32,000 bases of DNA from Acidothermus cellulolyticus 11B. GTDB lineage: Bacteria > Actinomycetota > Actinomycetes > Acidothermales > Acidothermaceae. Below are positions 23,206-31,100 of this stretch, in pieces. The translations under genes and the position numbers were made by a program. The stretch covers positions 1,950,001 to 1,982,000 of the forward strand of contig NC_008578.1 in the NCBI RefSeq assembly GCF_000015025.1, read 5' to 3'. The first letter of the stretch is position 1. The number at the start of each line of letters is the position of its first letter. The notes beneath the pieces were generated by a model. The model was given only the letters and a program-made list of their open reading frames with translations, ran no database searches and had not been told where the DNA came from.

Positions 23206-25316
23206 TCCCGGACGGCCTCTACGCGTGCCGCGGTCAATTTGAAAGCCGGCATCCCGCACGTAGAATCCACGGCATTGGTCGTCACGGTATTCGCGCGTCC
23301 GCTCCCGCCCCAGTGAAACGGCACAAAGATGGTGTCCTCACGAATAGTCGTGGTGAGGCGCGCCGGCAGAATAACGCTCCCCTGGCGGGTGACGATGCGC
23401 ACCCGCTCGCCGTCGCTGATGCCCAGCGAACGTGCCGTCGCGGTGTGCACCTCCGCAAAGGGCTCCGGGGAGGCGCGGCGAAGCGACGCGATACGGCGTG
23501 TCTGCGCCCCGCTCTGATAGTGATCCATCAGTCGTCCGGTCGTCAGGTAGAAGGGGAAGGCGGCATCCGGACAATCGGCATCCAGATCAGCCGCGACGTC
23601 GACGAACCGGGCGCGGCCATCCGGCGTCGCAAAGCCGGCCAGAAATAGACGGGGAGAGCCGATGCCCGCCGGCTCGGAGCAGGGCCAAAAAATGCCGTTC
23701 TCTGCTGCGATACGTTCGTAGTCAATGCCCGAGTAGTCGGCGACACCACCGCGGCTTGCCTGCCGCAGCTCGTCGAACACCTGGCGAGAATCGGTCGGAA
23801 ATCCCGACGCATGCCCGAGCCGGCGGGCGAGCTGATGCAGAATCTCAATGTCGGTGAGCACCCCCGCCGGTGGATCCAGCGCTTTCTGGCGGAGCAGCAC
23901 CCGACCCTCGAGGTTTGTCATCGTTCCCGTTTCCTCGGCCCACTGCGTGGTCGGCAGAACGACGTCCGCCAGCTCGGCGGTCTCGGAAAGTACGATGTCG
24001 ACCACAGCGAGGAAATCAAGAGAACGCAACCGCTTCTCAGCGAGTTGAGCATTGGGTGCCGACACAACGGGATTTGAGCCGATAACAAGCATGCCGTGAA
24101 CGTCCGTATCCGGATCGGTGAGCAGCGTGACGGCATCAACTCCCGGACCTGGAAGATCGCCCGGCGCGATTCCCCAGACCTGTGCGACGTGCGCGCGTGC
24201 CTCAGGATCGTCAATGCGTCGATAACCCGGCAGCTGGTCAGCCTTCTGGCCGTGCTCGCGACCTCCCTGACCGTTTCCCTGTCCCGTGACCGAGCCGTAG
24301 CCGCAGTAGGGACGTCCTATGCGCCCCAGCGCGAGCATGAGGTTGATGTAGGCGAGCACGGCCGCACTGCCGTGGACCTGCTGTTCGACGCCTCTCCCGG
24401 TGAGAAGAATGGTCGTCCGTGCCAGCGCGAGCTCGTGAATCAACTCGTCCAGCTGGGCGACAGAGACGCCGGTCAGCAGTTCGACTCTCTCCGGCCAGTA
24501 GCCCATTGCCGTGGCCCGTACATCTGCGAATCCCACTGTACGCTCGGCGATGAATTCGCCATCGGTGAGGCCGGCCCGAATAGCACCGAAGAGGAGACCG
24601 TAGGCAAGTGCAACGTCCGTCCCCGGTACAGGCTGAACGACGACGTCAGCCAGCGCGGCCGTGGGGGTCCGGCGTGGATCGATCACAACAATCCGACCTC
24701 CGGAGGCGCGAAGCTCATCCAGATGCCGTACCAGCACCGGCATCGTTTCCGCCGTGTTCACGCCGGCAAGTATCAGCAAGTCCGTGCCCGCGATATCGTC
24801 CAACGGAAAGGGCAGGCCGCGATCCAGGCCAAAGGCCTTACGCATAGCGGTTGCCGCCGCCGACATACAGAAACGGCCGTTGTAGTCAATCATGCGTGTC
24901 TTCAGCGCGACTCTAGCGAACTTTCCCAACAAATAGGCGGTCTCATTCGTCAAGCCTCCGCCGCCGAATATAGCGACGGCATCGTTGCCATATGCCCGTT
25001 GCAGCCCGGTAAAGGCATCCGCGATGCGATCCAGAGCGTCGTCCCACGTGGCGGGGCGCAGAGCCTCTTCGCGGGAATCACGGACGAGTGGGATGCGCAG
25101 CCGCTCTGCGCTGTCGAGCAACTCACCGGCCGTCCAGCCTTTCCGGCATAGCTGACCGCGATTGGTCGGGAAGTCACGTCCGGAGATCTCGACCCCATGT
25201 TCGGTCGAACGAATCCACATGCCGCATTGCAGGGCGCAGTAGGGACAGTGGGTCGCGACTCCCTGCGGATCGGCAGTGAGCGCGGCAGGTGCGGGGTAGG
25301 TTCTCACACGACGCAT
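23202..25316 (-). CDS. nasA: Assimilatory nitrate reductase catalytic subunit (bis-MGD molybdopterin oxidoreductase)
   Basis: It has the N-terminal [4Fe-4S] Cys cluster HCPYCALQCGMWI...GQLCRKG, a molybdopterin oxidoreductase core, and a C-terminal MGD-binding beta-barrel (RVRIVTRQGSVILPARLTTTIREDTIFVPFHWGG). There is no Tat signal, which fits a cytoplasmic assimilatory enzyme. Confidence 0.9.
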   Translation of the reverse strand: MRRVRTYPAPAALTADPQGVATHCPYCALQCGMWIRSTEHGVEISGRDFPTNRGQLCRKGWTAGELLDSAERLRIPLVRDSREEALRPATWDDALDRIADAFTGLQRAYGNDAVAIFGGGGLTNETAYLLGKFARVALKTRMIDYNGRFCMSAAATAMRKAFGLDRGLPFPLDDIAGTDLLILAGVNTAETMPVLVRHLDELRASGGRIVVIDPRRTPTAALADVVVQPVPGTDVALAYGLLFGAIRAGLTDGEFIAERTVGFADVRATAMGYWPERVELLTGVSVAQLDELIHELALARTTILLTGRGVEQQVHGSAAVLAYINLMLALGRIGRPYCGYGSVTGQGNGQGGREHGQKADQLPGYRRIDDPEARAHVAQVWGIAPGDLPGPGVDAVTLLTDPDTDVHGMLVIGSNPVVSAPNAQLAEKRLRSLDFLAVVDIVLSETAELADVVLPTTQWAEETGTMTNLEGRVLLRQKALDPPAGVLTDIEILHQLARRLGHASGFPTDSRQVFDELRQASRGGVADYSGIDYERIAAENGIFWPCSEPAGIGSPRLFLAGFATPDGRARFVDVAADLDADCPDAAFPFYLTTGRLMDHYQSGAQTRRIASLRRASPEPFAEVHTATARSLGISDGERVRIVTRQGSVILPARLTTTIREDTIFVPFHWGGSGRANTVTTNAVDSTCGMPAFKLTAARVEAVRE

Positions 25317-25531
25317 GCGACCAGACTCTTCTTACTACACGGTCACCGTCGTGTTTCCATCGTGCTACGTCACCCTCACGTCCGGCGGCCGTACGACCGC
25401 TCACTGTTTTACCGGTCAGGACCGCCGCTGTAACACGAGCGTCGCGTTCACCCGCAACTTTGTGGTGCTGAGATTGGTCGACCCGTTGAACGGCGTCGAC
25501 CGGATCGTCTGCCGTGAAAGGAGAGCGCGCG

Positions 25532-26923
25532 GTGCCGGTGACCTTTCTGAGAGCTGCAACCAGCAGTCCTTCCGTGAGCCACCCTGACAGAATTAATAGG
25601 ACGGCACGCGGCACGCTAGCAGCGACAACGCTAGGCTTCTTCGGAGGCTTTGCCGGCGTCTCGATCGTCGGGCCGCTTGCTCCGCGGTTTGCCGAATTGC
25701 TCCACCTCTCGCCGGTCATCGCCGCTCTCCTGGCAGCGACCCCGAACCTCACAGGTTCACTGTTGCGCATCCCATTCGGCGCCCTCTATGACCGGCTCGG
25801 CGGGCGACGTCCCTTTCTCTTCCTCCTTGCCGTAACGAGCGTCGCCGTCCTCGGCTTGCTGGTCCTCCTGCACGCGCGATATCCGGACCACCTCGCCGGC
25901 TCATTGCCTCTGCTCTTTCTTCTGGCAGCGCTCGCCGGGTTCGGGGTGGCGACGTTCTCGGTCGGAGTCGGTCAGATCGCCGGTTGGCACTCCGCAGATC
26001 GTCAGGGTAGGGCTCTAGGAATCTACGCTGGTCTCGGCAACCTCGGCCCGGCGCTGTCCGCTCTTCTCCTGCCCATCGCCGTGACGAGTCTCGGCATTGT
26101 CGGCGGTTACGGAATATGGCTCGTGATTCTCGTCGTCCTGACGGTGCTGTATGCGCTTTTTGCCCGCGATGCCGCGCGCATCGGGTCACCGGTGCGAGCC
26201 GCGTCTTCCGCCCTGCTTTGCGCCGCGTCCCGGCGAACGACCTGGATGCTCGTCAGCGGTTATTTCATTTCGTTTGGTGGTTTTCTCGGACTTACCGCGT
26301 GGCTGCCGTCGTATTGGCACGCGATGTACGGCCTCTCCTTGCGTGAAAGTGGAATTCTTACCGCCTCGTTCGCCGCAACTGCAGCGCTTGCGCGCGTACC
26401 CGGTGGCATTCTCGCGGATCGCCTCGCCTCTCACGCCGTGCTGCTCACGGCAAACGCCGGCCTTGTCGGCGGAATCGCGGTTCTGTGTTGGTCGAGCAGT
26501 CTCCCCCTGTCGTTAGGAGCAACGCTCATCGTCGCGGCGGCGATGGGCGTCCAGAACGCGTGGATCTTCCGAACCCTCCCGATGTGCGCGCCCGACGCCG
26601 TCGGAAGCGCGGCCGGCTGGGTCGGCGGACTGGGCGCCCTCGGCGGATTCGCCCTCCCGCCGCTCGTCGGTTGGGTAACGAGCCTCGTCGGTGGACGTAC
26701 CGGTTACGCTCAGGGCTTTCTGCCCATCGCCGCCGCCGCCGCGCTTGTGCTGCCCGCTCTTCTCCGCCTTGCCTCGCACGTATCAGGTCGGCGCGTTGGC
26801 CTCATCACCAGCCAGTTCCCGCCAGAGAGCGGCGCGCGCGGCCCGTCGCTCGGCCTGCGTCGGCTCATGGCCGAGCCGAGTCTCCAACAGCTGCAGGAGC
26901 GAGACATCGATGTGCCGCGGTAG
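25532..26923 (+). CDS. narK: MFS nitrate/nitrite transporter (NarK/NNP family)
   Basis: It has ~12 TM helices, the MFS loop motif GALYDRLGGRRPF, and an NNP-like glycine-rich signature (IYAGLGNLGPAL). I preferred the GTG at 25532, with AAGGAG at 25518-25523 and an 8-nt spacer. The ORF-track start at 25514 lies inside that SD. Confidence 0.85.
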   Translation: MPVTFLRAATSSPSVSHPDRINRTARGTLAATTLGFFGGFAGVSIVGPLAPRFAELLHLSPVIAALLAATPNLTGSLLRIPFGALYDRLGGRRPFLFLLAVTSVAVLGLLVLLHARYPDHLAGSLPLLFLLAALAGFGVATFSVGVGQIAGWHSADRQGRALGIYAGLGNLGPALSALLLPIAVTSLGIVGGYGIWLVILVVLTVLYALFARDAARIGSPVRAASSALLCAASRRTTWMLVSGYFISFGGFLGLTAWLPSYWHAMYGLSLRESGILTASFAATAALARVPGGILADRLASHAVLLTANAGLVGGIAVLCWSSSLPLSLGATLIVAAAMGVQNAWIFRTLPMCAPDAVGSAAGWVGGLGALGGFALPPLVGWVTSLVGGRTGYAQGFLPIAAAAALVLPALLRLASHVSGRRVGLITSQFPPESGARGPSLGLRRLMAEPSLQQLQERDIDVPR

Positions 26924-27661
26924 CACCGGGCGGACGTCGAGCAAATCGTCGAGATCGACAGGAGAATCTGGCGCCATCAACCGGTTGGCGAAATCCCGTC
27001 CGGCGCGTACCGCGATCTCCTCCCAGTTGGCCGCCGATCGGCGGCTTCCGCGTCGCCGGTCGGGACGTCGCGGCTCCTGTCGTAGATCGAACCGCCGTGG
27101 CTTGTCGCGCAGCTCGGCGGCCGGCAATTCTATGGCGTCCGCGAGCAACGGCCACGGCAATACCACCGTCTCGTCGGCGGCATCGCGGACGGCGGCGACA
27201 TCCTCGTCGTCGGAATCCCAGCCCGGTTGAGCCACGATGATCCGCTTGCCGAGTTGGCGAACATCTCCGATCGGAATCGCGAGTTCGGCATTTCCGGCGA
27301 CGAGGACAATGGTATCGATCTCAGGATTCCGGCTCAGTGCCAGCATCTCCCGATAGATCGCAAGCTCCACACCGCGGCGACGCCGTCCCGCCAACCGGCC
27401 GAGCCGCAGCTCCACGCCTTCGAGGGCGGCAATACGCTCAAGCTCCGGCGTGGGTTTCGCATCCGGTGCGGCATCGAACCACACGACCGTCGCTAGCTCA
27501 CCGGCGCCGAAGCTCTCGACCCGGTCTGCGATCGCCGTCAACAACATGTCGTAATCGACACGAATTGCCGAGCGGCCATAGCGACCAGCGGCCCGCCACG
27601 CGCATTCGCCCAGCAGGTATCCGCCGTCAACCAACAATGCGTAAGACAACGCCTTCTCCAA
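26783..27661 (-). CDS. NYN (LabA/PIN-like) domain protein with an Arg-rich linker and a helical C-terminal region
   Basis: ALLVDGGYLL...VVWFDAAPD...IDTIVLVAGNAELAIPIGDVRQLGKRIIVAQP fits the NYN/LabA pattern (D-G-x-N/Y at the N-terminus, D-x-x-v-L-v-s-g-D/N). The start is uncertain. The TTG at 27659-27661 gives MEKALSYALLVDGGY. Alternatives are the GTG at 27755-27757 and the ORF start at 27796. Confidence 0.6.
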   Translation of the reverse strand: MEKALSYALLVDGGYLLGECAWRAAGRYGRSAIRVDYDMLLTAIADRVESFGAGELATVVWFDAAPDAKPTPELERIAALEGVELRLGRLAGRRRRGVELAIYREMLALSRNPEIDTIVLVAGNAELAIPIGDVRQLGKRIIVAQPGWDSDDEDVAAVRDAADETVVLPWPLLADAIELPAAELRDKPRRFDLRQEPRRPDRRRGSRRSAANWEEIAVRAGRDFANRLMAPDSPVDLDDLLDVRPVLPRHIDVSLLQLLETRLGHEPTQAERRAARAALWRELAGDEANAPT

Positions 27662-27803
27662 CCGACCCGGGACCCCGAAAGGTGGATGGCGGGCTCCCGG
27701 TGAGCATCTCGGGGGTCCAATGCATGGGAGCCCGCCGGGTCCGGAACGCGGACCCACCGTGACTCCTAGTGTGCCACAGTTTAAGTCGCCCGCCACCTCG
27801 TCG

Positions 27804-27893
27804 TCGATGCGGCCTGCCTAGGCCGCTACTGCCGCCTCGATGCGGCCTGCGCAGTCGGTACTGCGGCCTGTGCGGTCGGTACTTCGGTCTGGG
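27804..27893. repeat. Cluster of short tandem direct repeats upstream of the NYN gene
   Basis: tcgatgcggcctgc occurs at 27804-27817 and 27837-27850 (period 33). gtcggtact occurs at 27854-27862 and 27875-27883 (period 21). tgcggcctg occurs at 27841-27849 and 27862-27870. Confidence 0.65.
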
Positions 27894-27900
27894 CGTTCCG

Positions 27901-27930
27901 TCGTGATAATCACGAAAAAGGTGATTCACC
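27901..27930. promoter_or_regulatory. Two adjacent perfect palindromes sharing a GTGAT..CAC core; candidate operator pair
   Basis: tcgtgat-a-atcacga (27901-27915, 7-1-7) and ggtga-t-tcacc (27920-27930, 5-1-5) are separated by aaaa. This patch is unusually AT-rich for the window. It lies upstream of the NYN gene and downstream of gdh. Confidence 0.4.
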
Positions 27931-28169
27931 GACCGGAACCGCACCGACCAGAGCGATCCCGATCACGCGCGTCCCGGCCAAATGACAGCGTCAGTCCGAT
28001 CCGGCGTCCGTTTTTGATCCTGGCCGCACTGATCACGCGTATGCGGCCGAGCATCGGATACTACGAGCACCGCAGAATGACCGTCAGGTAATTCCCGCCA
28101 AGCCACCGACGACGGCGAGGCTCCGGCCTCACGTCGGCATGACGGCGCGGCGGTCTGGCCGAATGAGAA

Positions 28170-31100
28170 TCAGCCCTCCTCACGGAGGGCGCGCAACGCG
28201 CCCAACGCGACGGTGATCGCAGCAAGGCTTGGCGTCGTCACCGCATCCTGAATGGTCATAGCGACCTGCTGCTCCCGCTCCGCACTCCAGCCTCGTCCGC
28301 GTAATACTGCCGCCGCAAGATCGGCCTGGACCGCGAGCAGCTCCTCCTGCACCCTCGATCGCGCAAGCGCCTGCCAGCGATCGTCATGCGGAAGAGCGGC
28401 AATGGCGCGCCGCAACGCCGTCAGCCGCAACCGCTCCGCGACGAGGAAATACTGCTCGGCCGCCTCGGCAACCGAAACCGAACCGTCCAGCCGCGCAGCA
28501 ACGTCCACGACAGCAAGAGCGGAGACCGCATGATCGAGGAGTGTGACCGACCGGGCGAGAGCATCCGGAACGTGGCTCGCGCAATACTCCGCAACGACCC
28601 GCTCCACCGCAGCCGCTTCCTCGCCGCGAAGGACGTCGGCGAGGCGGCCGAGGAGTTCGCCGGCGCGTCGCAGCGCAGCCACAATGCCCCCGACGTTGTC
28701 CAACGGACGTCGATGACGAACGATCCAGTGCGCAATCCGCGCCATGCTCTGCCGCACGCTGAGCAGGAGCCGGATTTGCTGCTGCGCCGGGACGTCGTCG
28801 TCCAATTCCTCGATGCGCCGCCACACGTCATCGATGCCGAAGAGCCGGCGCGCCGCGACATGAGCACGAACGCATTCGGCGGCGGTGGCGCCCGTCTCCT
28901 CCATCAGGCGATACACAAAGTCAACGCCGGACATGTTCACGACACGATTCGCGAGGCAGGTTGCCATGATGTCTCGTTGCAGGGGATGACGGAGCATGTC
29001 GGCGGCGAACCTCTGCCGCAATGCGGTCGGAAAATACTCGCGCAGGACCTCATGGGCGAAAGGTTCGTCCGGTACCGAGGAGCGCACAAGTTCGTGAGTG
29101 AGGGCGATTTTCGCGTACGCAAGGAGTATTGCGAGCTCGGGCCGGACCAGGCCCCGGCCCGCAGCAGCGCGGGCCGCGATGCTCTTCGGATCCGGCAGGT
29201 GCTCCAGCCTGCGGTCGAGGATCCCCGCCCTCTCCAGCGCGTCAATGAACGCGGCGTGCACGTGCAGATGCTGTGTGGCCTCAGCCTCCAAGCACGACAG
29301 CGCGAGGTTCTGCTCGTAGTTGTCACGAAGAACCAACGCTGCGACCTCGTCGCTCAATGTCTCGAGCAGCGCATGGCGCTCACCGGCGTCCAACCGGCCG
29401 GCCCGCTGCGCCACATTCAGGAGAATCTTGACATTCACCTCGTGATCGGAGGTGTCTACTCCGGCGGAATTGTCAATGGCATCGGTATTGATCCGGCCGC
29501 CGCGCAGCGCATACTCAACTCGAGCCGGCTGGGTGAACCCGAGATTACCGCCTTCCGCGACCACGCGGCATCGCAACTCCGCGGCGTCAATACGAACCGC
29601 ATCGTTGGCGCGATCGCCGACATCAGCGTGGGACTCGGTCGATGCCTTCACGTAGGTACCGATCCCACCGTTCCACAACAGATCAACCGGGGCCCGGAGA
29701 ATCGCGCGGATCACCTCGGTCGGAACGTAGTCACCGGGCGCAATCCCGAGAACTGCGGCAGCCTCTGTGGAGACGGGAATGCGTTTCGCACTCCGCGGCC
29801 ACACCCCGCCGCCTGGCGAAATCCGGGAGGCGTCGTAGTCCGCCCAACTGCTGCGAGGCAGGGTGAAGAGTCTGCGGCGCTCCGCGTAGGAGACAGCCGG
29901 GTCGGGATCGGGGTCAAGGAAAATGTGGCGGTGATCGAAGGCGGCGACGAGTTTAAGGGTCGACGACAACAACATGCCGTTGCCAAAGACATCACCGGAC
30001 ATATCACCGATTCCGACACACGTGATGGTATTTCGGTGGATGTCGACACCAAGCTCACGGAAGTGCCGCTTGACCGACTCCCAGGCACCGCGGGCGGTAA
30101 TGCCCATCGCTTTATGGTCGTACCCGGCAGAGCCGCCGGAGGCAAACGCATCGGCAAGCCAGTAGTGGTATTCGGCCGCAATTTCATTCGCGATATCCGA
30201 GAACGTCGCCGTACCCTTATCCGCGGCGACGACGAGATAGGTGTCATCTCCGTCACGGCGCACCGTACGATCGGGCGGTATCACTGTTCCGGTCGCCGGA
30301 TCGAGATTGTCCGTGAGATCCAGCAGGCCCCGGATGAGCGTCCGGTAACACGCGACCACTTCGGCCGCCGCGGCATCTGGATCGTCGGGCAGCGGCCGGG
30401 TGACCACGAATCCACCCTTGGCGCCCACGGGAACAATGACGGCGTTCTTCACCGTCTGGGTCTTCGCCAGACCGAGGATTTCCGCACGGAAATCCTCCCG
30501 GCGGTCTGAATATCGGATCCCACCCCGGGCGACCGGGCCGAAGCGAAGATGGATTCCCTCCATCCGTGGCGAGTAGACATACGCCTCGTAAAGCGGCCGC
30601 GGCTGTGGGAGAAAATCGATGTTCCGTGCGAGGAGCTTGAGCGAGACATAGTCCCGGGAGAGCGGCGGCTCCGTCTGCCAGAAGTTCGTCCGGACCGTGG
30701 CCTGAATCGCCGACCGAAAACACCGGAGAATCCGGTCGTCATCCAAGCTGCTGACGGCGTCGAGGGCACGGTCCAGCCGCTGCTCGATCTCCTGTTCGAC
30801 CGTAACGTCGGGCGCACGGCCCGGATCGAACCGCAACTCAAAGAGTGCGACGAGCAGCGCCGCGACATCCGAGTTACGGTTCAGGGCAGCCTCGATATAT
30901 TCTTGGCTGAAGACGATTCCGGTCTGCCTCAGGTATTTTGCATACGCCCGCAGTACTGTCACCTGCCGCCACGACAAACCGGCACGCAGAGTGAGCGCGT
31001 GAAAGCCGTCGATCTCTGCTCGGCCTTGCCACATCGCGACGATGGCCTCCGCAGCGCCCGCGTACCGCCGGGACTTCTCGTCCTGCGGCACAGCAAAGCC

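Noticed and set aside
27840-28091. An 83-aa plus-strand ORF in the NYN-gdh spacer.
   Set aside because: It begins inside the tandem repeats and reads through the palindromes. It is highly basic and repetitive (RPVRSVLR x2 simply mirrors the DNA repeat) and has no SD.
28100-28135. An intrinsic terminator for gdh (ccgacg...gagg-ctccgg-cctc...cgtcgg).
   Set aside because: The stems are short (6 bp outer, 4 bp inner) with large internal loops and no U-tract. This is too weak to report as a feature.
28386-30509. A 707-aa plus-strand ORF, plus similar long ORFs at 3239-4414, 1083-1844, 10777-11904, 24096-25151, 19211-20035, 21556-22494, 6564-7364, 8232-9119 and 17559-18293.
   Set aside because: Each lies antisense to a gene with unmistakable family motifs (gdh, prfB, ftsX, the GGDEF-EAL gene, nasA, nirB, the NasB-like gene, tadC, tadA, nnaR). 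Their translations are Arg/Pro/Gly-rich low-complexity sequences with no recognisable motifs. They are classic shadow ORFs of high-GC DNA.
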